64,000 nt of DNA from Patescibacteria group bacterium (GTDB taxonomy: Bacteria > Patescibacteriota > Minisyncoccia > Phycocordibacterales > Phycocordibacteraceae): the NCBI GenBank assembly GCA_029260935.1, contig JAJDCJ010000008.1, positions 3,905 through 67,904 of the forward strand. The letters run 5' to 3'. The translations under genes were made by a program, and so were the position numbers. Positions 1 through 8,887 of the stretch are shown in pieces. Under the pieces are notes generated by a model. That model had not been told where the DNA came from and did no database searches. It was given only the letters and a program-made list of their open reading frames with translations. Numbering within the stretch: the first letter of the stretch is position 1; each line of letters begins with the position of its first letter.

Positions 1-2
1 CT

Positions 3-3000
3 GGAGGAAACGATTGGGATATTGTTGCGGGATTACCTGGAGCAAATAATACCAACTTCAGCATTTACGATGTTACTGATGCTGCAACTCGTTTGACTAT
101 AGACACTACTGGCAACGTCGGCATTGGCACTACCAGCCCCGGCACGCTCTTTGCCCTTGGCGACACCGGCGCAAACACCATCAACATTTCCCCAACTGCC
201 ACCTCTACGTTCGGAAGCGGTCTCAACATCCGCACTGGCTGTTTTGCGGTAAATGGAACCTGTGTTGGCGGTGGGGGAGGTAGTGGCACCCCAGGGGGCA
301 CAGACGGACAGGTGCAGTACAACAATGGCAGTGCCTTCGGCGGCGCGTCTGCACTTTTCTATGACGACATAAACAATCTCGTTGGCATTGGTACGACGAG
401 TCCTGGATATAAACTTGAAGTGTATGGCACTGGAACCACAGGTGGCATTTTGATTGACGATAGTAGCACCTCGTCTGCCGCTCCACTACTCGAGGTAAAA
501 GGACGACGTTCGGACGCGAATGTTTCGCAATCATTTTCTGCAGGACTGGCACTGGCAGGTTTACGCACTGACGCAACAGTCGGTAGCGCCAAACATCTCG
601 GAACAGTTTATTTCGGCGGTAACCACACCGATGGTGCCGATACAAATCTTCTCTATAGCGCCTCAATTTCCGGTATTTCTGAAGGGACTTTCAGTAACGG
701 AACAACAATGCCAACAGGGCTCGCGTTTTACACTGGCTCAACCGGCACGGCGCTCGGCACCGCAAACCAAACTTTTGGCACAGAACGTCTCCGTATTACT
801 AACGCCGGCAACGTCGGCATCGGGACGACGAGTCCATTGGATACGTTTGATGTTGCAGGAAACATTGGTCTTACCGGTGCGGTAACGCGCCAGATACTAT
901 TGCGTGGTGGAGCAGCGAGTTCTGTGCTTTCTATTGATTTTCCTGAAACGACAGCAACAGAGACAAACCAATTCCGATTGTTTCGTAGCACCACCCAAGC
1001 CGCCGCTTCTGCTCTCCAAATTTACAAAGGTGACAATACCACAAGTGTTCAGACAAACCTCTCTTCATTTGGAAACTCGTACATCAATGCATTAGCAGGC
1101 AACGTCGGCATCGGGACAACAAGTCCGGCAAATAGTTCAAAACTTGGCGTTGAGGGCAGTTTATATTTCACTCAAGGGTTTAAGTACCACGACACAGGAG
1201 TTGTTTCAGCAAGTATCGGCTCTGCGGCTTCAACGGATATCGGGCTTACATTTGACCACCCTACAACTGATTGGAACATTGGTATTGATAACAGTGATAG
1301 TCAGGCATTCAAAATTGCAAATGGTGCCATTGGGGTTGCCGATAAAGTAACTATCACCACCTCCGGCAACGTCGGCATCGGGACAACAAGTCCGTATAAA
1401 AAGCTCTCGGTTGATGGCGATGGAGTGTTTGCGTCTACCGGACCGGTTGAGCTTATACTCCATGCAGATACAGACAATGTTACGGAAACTGACAACCCGC
1501 GCATTATATTCAAACAAGACGGTACGGCTGTTGTTGGTCGGGTCGGGTACAAATCCGGCACAAACTCTTTGGAAATAATAAATGAATTTACTGACAAGCT
1601 TAGTTTAGGAACAAACAATGTCGACCGCCTTACCATAGACTCCGCCGGCAACGTCGGCATCGGTGATACAACTCCTGGAGTTACATTGGATGTAGAAGGA
1701 AATATACGTTCTCAAGGATCACTAGCAGGTCTTATATTCAACGATAGGTCGGCAGGCGCTGCATGGCAGTGGTATGCCTCAGGTGGTACCGCTAGGTTGT
1801 ACAACGGGTCCGATAAGTTTGCTATCGATTCCTCAGGCAACGTCGGGGTCGGCAATACAGCGCCTAATGCTCTTTTGCATATCGGAGCGAATATCAGCAG
1901 TGAGTTAGGTGTATTGGTAGCAAACCAGCAGACAGCACTCGCCACCACGCTCAATGCCAACCAGCCCGTGGCAACATTTTCAGCCGGTAACACCTTGAAT
2001 GATTTCAAAAATACGCTCTATGTTGTTCGGGATACTGCGGCGGGAACAGATTGGACAACGACCAGGTGGCACGATGCAATAAATGTAGACAACTCCTTCC
2101 TTACGCCGAGGACCGACACAAAAGTATGGTGGGAACGCGACCCGAACAACAACATCCAATCATGGGGCAATGCGGCAAGCACCTACCTCACCATCAACGC
2201 AGGCAAAGTCGGGATTGGCACGGTAAGTCCTTCACAAGCACTCATGGTGTCTGGCATCGCATACGCAACTAGTGGGTTTCGCGGTCCGAGTAATGTGACT
2301 GGTGCAACAGTTAGTGATGTCGTCGCATCAGGTTGTGATTTTGAAGGAAGCATGATAACCAGTGGTGGTATTGTTACTACATTCACCTCTGCTTCCAGCT
2401 GTGCAAGCGGGTTTTCAGACGAGCGACTGAAAACAAACATCACGTCGACAGAAGACGGGTACGGCCTTGATGAAATTCTCCAGTTGCAACCGATAACGTA
2501 CAACTGGCTTGGTTCCAGCTTTAGCACAACAACACAGCTCGGGTTTATTGCCCAGGACATTGAGTTAGTGTTCCCTGAACTTATAACGGATTTCGGTACA
2601 ACCACTATTACGCTTCCTGACGGCGCAACCACTACAATTTCACACACGCTCGGGTTGAAGTATGGTGTGTTGACCGTGCCATTAGTGAAAGCAGTACAGG
2701 AACTGTACGCGATGATGGTTGACGTGAAAGAGCAGGTGCTCGCGCTCGTTGACCGCGTTACTGGTGTTGAAAGCAGGGTGGCGAGCTTGGAAGCCGAGAA
2801 CGCACAGCTTACCGCGCGCCTCTCTTTGATCGAATCCGCCCTCGCTTCCGGTACTCTCACTCCAAATATCTTGACGTCCGACGTCAAGATATCGGACGCT
2901 GACACCGAAGCTCCCGTCATTACCATGAACGGCAACAACCCAGCAACCATTGCAGTGGGCGACACCTACGCCGACCTCGGCGCAAGCGTCACCGACAACA

Positions 3001-3401
3001 TTGATCAAAACATCGGCATCCACACCTTTATTAATGACGGGGAAGTGACCACCGTGACGCTCGACACCAGCACCTCTACCACCTACACCATTACCTACCG
3101 CGCCACCGACCAAGCAGGGAACATTGGAGAGGCAACCCGCACCGTGGTTGTTGGTAGAGAAGAAGCACCACTTCCTGAGACAGTCACAGAACCCACCGCA
3201 ACCACGACACCGTCTATCGTAGAGGAAGCGTCAGCACCCACCACACCACCTGTAGTTGTAGAAACGAGTGAAGAAACACCACATGCGTCATCCACACCTG
3301 AGGCACTACCTGCCCCTGTAACTGCCGTTGAAACACCACCTGTTGTAGAGGAAGAGTCAGCACCCACGACACCGCCTTTGGGGGAGGAAGCAGTTAATTA
3401 G
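3..3401 (+). CDS. Large surface/tail-fibre-like protein, 5'-truncated by the window: GNVGIGTT repeats, peptidase S74-like intramolecular chaperone, coiled coil, DUF5011-like Ig domain, P/E/T-rich tail
   Basis: Frame is open from base 3 (GGNDWDIVAG...) through ORF 93..3401. About 8 GNVG(I/V)G-type repeats; SDERLKTNI...LGFIAQD...LVKAVQEL from ~2415; DTEAPVITMNGNNP...YADLGA...YRATD Ig motif. Confidence 0.8.
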   Translation, partial: GGNDWDIVAGLPGANNTNFSIYDVTDAATRLTIDTTGNVGIGTTSPGTLFALGDTGANTINISPTATSTFGSGLNIRTGCFAVNGTCVGGGGGSGTPGGTDGQVQYNNGSAFGGASALFYDDINNLVGIGTTSPGYKLEVYGTGTTGGILIDDSSTSSAAPLLEVKGRRSDANVSQSFSAGLALAGLRTDATVGSAKHLGTVYFGGNHTDGADTNLLYSASISGISEGTFSNGTTMPTGLAFYTGSTGTALGTANQTFGTERLRITNAGNVGIGTTSPLDTFDVAGNIGLTGAVTRQILLRGGAASSVLSIDFPETTATETNQFRLFRSTTQAAASALQIYKGDNTTSVQTNLSSFGNSYINALAGNVGIGTTSPANSSKLGVEGSLYFTQGFKYHDTGVVSASIGSAASTDIGLTFDHPTTDWNIGIDNSDSQAFKIANGAIGVADKVTITTSGNVGIGTTSPYKKLSVDGDGVFASTGPVELILHADTDNVTETDNPRIIFKQDGTAVVGRVGYKSGTNSLEIINEFTDKLSLGTNNVDRLTIDSAGNVGIGDTTPGVTLDVEGNIRSQGSLAGLIFNDRSAGAAWQWYASGGTARLYNGSDKFAIDSSGNVGVGNTAPNALLHIGANISSELGVLVANQQTALATTLNANQPVATFSAGNTLNDFKNTLYVVRDTAAGTDWTTTRWHDAINVDNSFLTPRTDTKVWWERDPNNNIQSWGNAASTYLTINAGKVGIGTVSPSQALMVSGIAYATSGFRGPSNVTGATVSDVVASGCDFEGSMITSGGIVTTFTSASSCASGFSDERLKTNITSTEDGYGLDEILQLQPITYNWLGSSFSTTTQLGFIAQDIELVFPELITDFGTTTITLPDGATTTISHTLGLKYGVLTVPLVKAVQELYAMMVDVKEQVLALVDRVTGVESRVASLEAENAQLTARLSLIESALASGTLTPNILTSDVKISDADTEAPVITMNGNNPATIAVGDTYADLGASVTDNIDQNIGIHTFINDGEVTTVTLDTSTSTTYTITYRATDQAGNIGEATRTVVVGREEAPLPETVTEPTATTTPSIVEEASAPTTPPVVVETSEETPHASSTPEALPAPVTAVETPPVVEEESAPTTPPLGEEAVN
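2866..2892. repeat. REP-like palindrome (GACGTC-C-GACGTC core, 13-bp arms) in frame inside the CDS
   Basis: atatcttgacgtc-c-gacgtcaagatat. Confidence 0.8.
2901..3150 (+). repeat. Duplicated Ig-module DNA, copy 1 (copy 2 at ~9635-9885)
   Basis: 2955-3029 is identical to 9689-9763 (75 nt); gaatccgccctcgcttccgg is also shared at 2832 and 9560. Confidence 0.9.
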
Positions 3402-3776
3402 CATACAGAACCTGCAGAAAAAACACTGAAAGGTATCAACTAAGAAATCCTCAACGAAAAAACTGTGGAAAACAATTGGGTGTTTAATGATCCTTATTCT
3501 ATCCATTGGTAGATTAAAAATAGTTACTAAAAAACATAAAAACCACTTCGTTTGTTTTTTAGTTGCTCTTTTTAAATTATCTCGGCAAGACGAGATATGT
3601 TTATTCTATTAGGTGTGTCGGTAATATTTTTCTAATAAACTACAGCACCAATGTTTTTTACTTCAGGTGGACAGTGTGCTAATTAGCTTACTCCCAGTAG
3701 GTTTTTTTGAAACTATCAGACTACATTAACTGAAATGAAGTGGAAAAAAGGCAGATAAGACTTTTTAAAAAACCAC

Positions 3777-3821
3777 AAACCTCCGACAAACCTAGTTAAA
3801 ATAAGGGTATGTCGGAGGTTT
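3777..3821. promoter_or_regulatory. 12-bp inverted repeat ending immediately before the ATG and covering a GGAGG
   Basis: aaacctccgaca (3777-3788), 21 nt, tgtcggaggttt (3810-3821). Confidence 0.5.
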
Positions 3822-6800
3822 ATGGATTATATATCTGAAAAAAATAAAGAACTAAAAAATGAAGGCACCGACGTTCTTGTCTCATCGTCTGACGCTGCAA
3901 AAGTGCTCGGGTGCACACCAGACCATATTGCCAGACTTTGCCGGAAAGGAGAGTTGCGGTGTGTTCGTATTGAAAAACGATGGAAAGTATACAGAGCTTC
4001 CTTAGATCACTACTCATTATTTGCTCAAGAGCGAGCTGAAGAACTCCAAAGAAAACTTTCTGAAGAAAGAAAACAAGAATACCAACAAAAGAATGGACAT
4101 AGAAAACACAGCACATATCGTCCGACATCACCTTCTTTTTCTTCACATCCATACCATACCAACAAAATTTATTTTATTAGTTTATACACAGTGTTTGTTT
4201 TTACAGCGCTTCCTCTTTCTTTGCTCGCCGCGCAAATTTTTAACTATGAAAGAATAAAAGAATTAGTGCAGGGGAACCCTGCACCACTTTTTGAAGAAAT
4301 AAAAACAGTTACTCACTCGGTACAACAAACTATTGCTTCAGCTACTCGCGCACCACTTGGAAGCGGACAGTATGATTCCTCTTCATATGTTGCACTCGCA
4401 CTCCAACCACAAGCACTATTCAGTGCATTCAGTGATTGGTTGTGGGGCGAACCACAACTATATACACCGCCTGCGCTTGGTGTACCGCGCCGGCAAGAAA
4501 CATCAAATAACACTACGACCAGCATTGAAAGAACCCCCACCACCGTCATCCGCAACGTCACCGAACAGGTCACGGTAACTGGTGTCAGCAACGACACACT
4601 CATCACCAGACTGCAGGAACTTGAAAACAAACTTCGCTCTGAGATTCTGGTGTACTCTGCTCGTTCAGACCGCGGGAGCTCTGGAAACTATCGTGCCATT
4701 TCTCTCACCAATGCCATTCATCAGCTCACCAACACCACTATTACAACCCCAACTGTTTCAGGTGGTTCTTTCACTGACGGATCTTTTTCAGGCACATTCA
4801 GCGGACCTATCTCAGGAGGAACAGGAAGCTTCTCAACACTCACTGCATCAGGTGCAACGACACTTGACTCAACCTTGAGCGCCGCAACCACTACCCTTTC
4901 AGGCGCACTCACGGTTTCCGGTACCGCAACATCCTCTATCGCCGGACAGTTAGGACTTTCGTTTGCCCCAACTGAAGCCCACACGTTTGGCGCATGGGCA
5001 ACGGGTGTGGCAAGCAGTAGTGCGGCAAACGCCTCCCTCTACATCAACCCAAGCACCGCCACCGCAGACAGCAACCTCTTCGGTGTGGCAGTGAATGGCG
5101 CAGTCAAGTTTCTTGTTGATGCCGAGGGTGACATATTCGCAAACTCACTTACCGCATCCGGCGGCGTCACTCTCGCAACCACCACGGCTTCCACCTTTAC
5201 CGTGGAAGGCGACACCACTCTTGGCGATGCTGCCACCGACAATCTCACCATCACCGCCCGTCTCATCTCCGACCTCATTCCCAAGACGGCAAATACGTAC
5301 GACCTCGGTACCACCACCCTCGGCTTCCGCAGTGGTTTCTTCAACACCTCGCTTCTCATTGGCAACACCGCAACCACAACCATTCGTGGTGACCAAGCGA
5401 CCTCAACCTTTGCAAGCGGTATTGAAGCATCTAGGCAAATCACCGCGCCATTCTTTCAGGCAACGAGTACCTCCGCCACCTCAACCTTTGCGGGTGATGT
5501 CACCGTCTCTGGAAAAACCACCCTCGGCACTGCCTCCACTACACAAATCAGTGCCACATACGCCTCATCAACAAATGCATTCTTTGGTTCACTCTCGGTT
5601 GGCTCTCTCACCGGATTCCTCAAAGCAACCGCGGGATCAGTCGCCACCTCACTCATTGACCTGACGTCTGACGTCTCTGGTATACTCGGCACCACCTTCG
5701 GCGGCACCGGCTGGGGCACCATCACCGCAAACACACTCCTTGTGGGAAACGGCACTAACAAATTGGCGACCACCACTGCCGGCACCAACGGACAGGTACT
5801 CGCACTCGTTGGGGGCACGCCAAGCTGGGTGGCAACCACCACGTTCTCAAGCGGGCTCACATACACGGGAGGGAATGTGACAGCGGACCTCGGCACCAGC
5901 GTTGACTTAACGAGTGAAGTCACGGGAACACTCCCGGTGAGCAATGGCGGAACGGGGGCGACGACGTTTACCAACAATCGCCTTCTCACAGGTAACAGCA
6001 CCAGCGCACTCGTTGACGAAGCAAACCTCACCTTTGACGGTTCACTTCTTACTGTTACAGGCAACGCATCCACCACCCAACTTGGCTCAACAGGTTCTTC
6101 ATACTTTGCAACGAGCGGCGGCAACGTCGGTATTGGCACCACAACGCCAAATGCAAAATTGGCCATAAATACCGGTGTTTCCGGACAGCTCGTGCTGTGG
6201 AAGGGTTCGGGTGCACAATCCGGTATCGCATCAGGGCAGGTTGGTGGAGCAAATACGCTGGAATTTACTACAGATGACGCCGCCGGTGGTCAGGCAACGA
6301 GGTTATTACTGAGAGGGACCACCGCCGATGCCGATACTGAATTTTATAGAGGGGCACGAGGTGCGGAAATTCTTACTTTGTTTATAGAGGGGTCAAACGG
6401 GAATGTCGGTATTGGCAGTACCACTCCATTTGCAACGCTTGCAGTCAATCCTATTGCCGGCGACACCAACCAGTTTGTGGTGGGGAGTTCAACCGCAACC
6501 AGTTTTATTATTAACAGTGCCGGCAACGTGGGAGTTGGAGTGACAGACCCGGACAAGACACTTGAAGTGTTTGAAACGGTTGCCGATAGTCAGCTGAAAC
6601 TCTCCTACGACGCCACGCGCTACACCACCTTCCAAGTTACTTCCGTGGGCGACCTGGTGATAGACGCGCAGGGAGGCGATGCGTCGCTTTTGGATGAAAA
6701 CCTCTTTGTGTGTGCCGGCGGTTCCTGCCCTGCCGGCACACCAACGGGCACAGGAAACTTTATAGTTGAGCGTGGTATCGGTGTGGCGTCAGCCACACCG

Positions 6801-7157
6801 ATAACCGGTATTTCGGTGGGTGCCGACAGTGCCATTGTAACGACTGAAAAAAATGTTGCCGACGCCGCTCCTATTACCATTGACTGGGACAACGGCAACC
6901 AACAGCTCATCCGCCTTGCGGCAAGCCGCACCGTGAACTTCTCTAACGTTAAAGCGGGGCAGACACTCCGCTTAACGGTGTGCACGACAGCAAGTTCCCG
7001 ATTGGTCACCTGGGGTTCTACTATTCGCTGGTCGGGTGGCACGGCGCCCACGCAAACGGCAACCGCCAACAAGTGCGATGTGTTCTCGTTCCTTGGTACC
7101 CTTGGTCACACGGGAAGTGCAGTGCTAATTTTCGGCGCGTCAACGCTTAATTTTTAG
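3822..7157 (+). CDS. N-terminal excisionase/MerR-like HTH, TM helix, large T/S/G-rich fibre-like extracellular region
   Basis: SSSDAAKVLGCTPDHIARLCRKGELRCVRIEKRWKV (HTH_17-like); hydrophobic IYFISLYTVFVFTALPLSLLAAQIF; TGTLPVSNGGTG and GNVGIG repeats; C-terminal IDWDNGN...VTWGSTIRWSGGTAPT tail-fibre-like domain. Confidence 0.75.
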   Translation: MDYISEKNKELKNEGTDVLVSSSDAAKVLGCTPDHIARLCRKGELRCVRIEKRWKVYRASLDHYSLFAQERAEELQRKLSEERKQEYQQKNGHRKHSTYRPTSPSFSSHPYHTNKIYFISLYTVFVFTALPLSLLAAQIFNYERIKELVQGNPAPLFEEIKTVTHSVQQTIASATRAPLGSGQYDSSSYVALALQPQALFSAFSDWLWGEPQLYTPPALGVPRRQETSNNTTTSIERTPTTVIRNVTEQVTVTGVSNDTLITRLQELENKLRSEILVYSARSDRGSSGNYRAISLTNAIHQLTNTTITTPTVSGGSFTDGSFSGTFSGPISGGTGSFSTLTASGATTLDSTLSAATTTLSGALTVSGTATSSIAGQLGLSFAPTEAHTFGAWATGVASSSAANASLYINPSTATADSNLFGVAVNGAVKFLVDAEGDIFANSLTASGGVTLATTTASTFTVEGDTTLGDAATDNLTITARLISDLIPKTANTYDLGTTTLGFRSGFFNTSLLIGNTATTTIRGDQATSTFASGIEASRQITAPFFQATSTSATSTFAGDVTVSGKTTLGTASTTQISATYASSTNAFFGSLSVGSLTGFLKATAGSVATSLIDLTSDVSGILGTTFGGTGWGTITANTLLVGNGTNKLATTTAGTNGQVLALVGGTPSWVATTTFSSGLTYTGGNVTADLGTSVDLTSEVTGTLPVSNGGTGATTFTNNRLLTGNSTSALVDEANLTFDGSLLTVTGNASTTQLGSTGSSYFATSGGNVGIGTTTPNAKLAINTGVSGQLVLWKGSGAQSGIASGQVGGANTLEFTTDDAAGGQATRLLLRGTTADADTEFYRGARGAEILTLFIEGSNGNVGIGSTTPFATLAVNPIAGDTNQFVVGSSTATSFIINSAGNVGVGVTDPDKTLEVFETVADSQLKLSYDATRYTTFQVTSVGDLVIDAQGGDASLLDENLFVCAGGSCPAGTPTGTGNFIVERGIGVASATPITGISVGADSAIVTTEKNVADAAPITIDWDNGNQQLIRLAASRTVNFSNVKAGQTLRLTVCTTASSRLVTWGSTIRWSGGTAPTQTATANKCDVFSFLGTLGHTGSAVLIFGASTLNF

Positions 7158-7201
7158 AGTATGGAATATAGAATATGGAGTATGGAAAGGAGTATAGAAA
7201 A
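7155..7201 (+). repeat. Degenerate 7-bp tandem tract (T(A/G)GA(A/G)TA-like)
   Basis: tagagta tggaata tagaata tggagta tggaaag...tagaaaa. Confidence 0.7.
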
Positions 7202-7209
7202 TAAAACAT

Positions 7210-7569
7210 ATGTCAGACACCTATAAACACCTCACCGTTTGGAAAGATTCTGTAACTTTCGCAACTGAAATATATTCAGCTACACGGGAATTTCCACAAA
7301 GCGAGCTTTTTGGACTGACCTCGCAACTGCGGCGTGCAGCCGTTTCAGTTGCTGCAAACCTTGCAGAAGGAGCCGGGAGGAATTCCAAGAAGGATTTTGC
7401 ACGTTTTGTAGATATCGCACTCGGTTCGTTAAATGAAGTGGAAACCCTGCTAAAAATTGCAGAAAACATCGGTTACTTGTCGTCCTCGGTCTATAGTGGG
7501 CTTTTTGATTCAACGCAATCAATCGGGAAGGCTCTTGGTGGTCTTCGTAAATATCTTAAGCACACATAA
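7210..7569 (+). CDS. Four-helix-bundle protein (23S rRNA IVS protein / bAvd-like family)
   Basis: YKHLTVWKDS...FPQSELFGLTSQLRRAAVSVAANLAEG...FARFVDIALGSLNEVETLL signature. Confidence 0.9.
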   Translation: MSDTYKHLTVWKDSVTFATEIYSATREFPQSELFGLTSQLRRAAVSVAANLAEGAGRNSKKDFARFVDIALGSLNEVETLLKIAENIGYLSSSVYSGLFDSTQSIGKALGGLRKYLKHT

Positions 7570-7573
7570 TTTT

Positions 7574-8761
7574 ATGCCTAAACCACATTCCACATTCCAC
7601 ATTCCGTACTCTCTTCTCCTCATACTCTCCATTCCTCTTTTCTTTGTTGGAGCCGAATTCGCGTGGCAGTGGTACCACGCGAATTCGGCGGGGAACGACC
7701 CACTCCTAAAAGAGCGCATGGTGGTTTCCAGTGAAATTATTGGTAGTGAAGTGCGTTATACATATCTGGGGGAGAAACTACCCGAACTCCTTGTTGAAGG
7801 AGAGGTCGTGCGCTTACGCACAGAAACTTCGTTCAGCAGGGAGGTACACCGCACGAAAGAAGAGGTAACGCGCGAACAGGTTTCCTACCCGCGCCAAGCG
7901 TTCGCCCGCGACGTGCTTGGCGCGTGGTATTACGCGGAACACGCCACCACCACGCGCGAAGCATTTTTGAAAAAAAGCGCTTTCAGATACACCACCACTC
8001 TAGCTAAGTCAGTGTTCTTCTCTGTTGCCTATGCAGTAACCGACACCGTTTTTTCGCACGCCGGTGACGGATATATATCCGGCCTCGGCTTACAGTTTGG
8101 CACGGGGCCTATTAAACAGGCGGCGGCGTGGGGTGCAGCGCATAGTGCGACCAGTGGTGTTGTGAAATCCACTGCCACCACCTTATCAGCTCTTTCTCAA
8201 ATTTCCGATGACCTGGACGTCGTTCAGGCAGATATTGACAGGGTATTCGTTCCGTTTAACACCTCAACAATTTCTTCTTCGGCAGTTATTAGCTCAGCGT
8301 CCTTAAACCTCTATGTTGTTTCAAAGAACAATCAAGATAATGATGGCACTGATTTTGTTACCGTTATTCGGACTGACAACGCCGACTACACCACACTCGT
8401 CAGCGCCGACTACAACAATGCGGGGGCCACATCCAACCCTACTGAAGGCGTTGATACCGGGCAGAGGAAAGACATCACTTCTATTACTACGGGTGCGTAC
8501 TTGGTGTTTACACTGAATACAACGGGAATAGGGTGGATTGCCTTAAGTGGGCAGGCAAGCAACTGTTCCACCGCAACCGGCATTAGCTGTTTTGGGGTGC
8601 GTGAAGGACATGATGTGATTAATAGCCAGGTAGTTGAGAATACCACCAGCTCCGTCACCTTCAGTAGTGCGGAAGCAACTGGCACGTCCCAAGATCCGTT
8701 TCTTTCCGTGACCTACACCGTGCCAAACTTATTCGCGCCGTGGATGTTTGAGCCGTTTTAA
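7574..8761 (+). CDS. Membrane-anchored exported protein with a C-terminal beta-rich (DNRLRE-like) domain
   Basis: ATG 7574 within ORF 7457..8761; TM LLLILSIPLFFVGAEFAW; RVFVPFNTSTI...ISSASLNLYV...FSSAEATGTSQDPFLSVTY. Confidence 0.65.
   Translation: MPKPHSTFHIPYSLLLILSIPLFFVGAEFAWQWYHANSAGNDPLLKERMVVSSEIIGSEVRYTYLGEKLPELLVEGEVVRLRTETSFSREVHRTKEEVTREQVSYPRQAFARDVLGAWYYAEHATTTREAFLKKSAFRYTTTLAKSVFFSVAYAVTDTVFSHAGDGYISGLGLQFGTGPIKQAAAWGAAHSATSGVVKSTATTLSALSQISDDLDVVQADIDRVFVPFNTSTISSSAVISSASLNLYVVSKNNQDNDGTDFVTVIRTDNADYTTLVSADYNNAGATSNPTEGVDTGQRKDITSITTGAYLVFTLNTTGIGWIALSGQASNCSTATGISCFGVREGHDVINSQVVENTTSSVTFSSAEATGTSQDPFLSVTYTVPNLFAPWMFEPF
7583..7612 (+). repeat. 7-bp tandem tract (CCACATT)x3, inverted relative to the 7155-7201 tract
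   Basis: ccacatt ccacatt ccacatt ccgtact; encodes PHSTFHIPY in the next gene. Confidence 0.75.
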
Positions 8762-8887
8762 CTCATGAGAGATTATGTACCATTACGTCTACATCTTACA
8801 AAGTTCAAAAGACCACAAGTGGTATACCGGTGCCACTAAATCGCTTCTTATCTCTAACGGGCTGAAGTCTGTATAATCAACATATAT

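Noticed and set aside
3402-3776. Replication origin in the AT-rich intergenic region
   Set aside because: Only one imperfect DnaA-box-like match (tgtggaaaa near 3464) and no dnaA/dnaN nearby.
5663-5675. GACGTC-T-GACGTC as another intragenic REP
   Set aside because: No arm extension, and it encodes LTSDV, matching the protein repeat LTSEV near 5907; may be coincidental.
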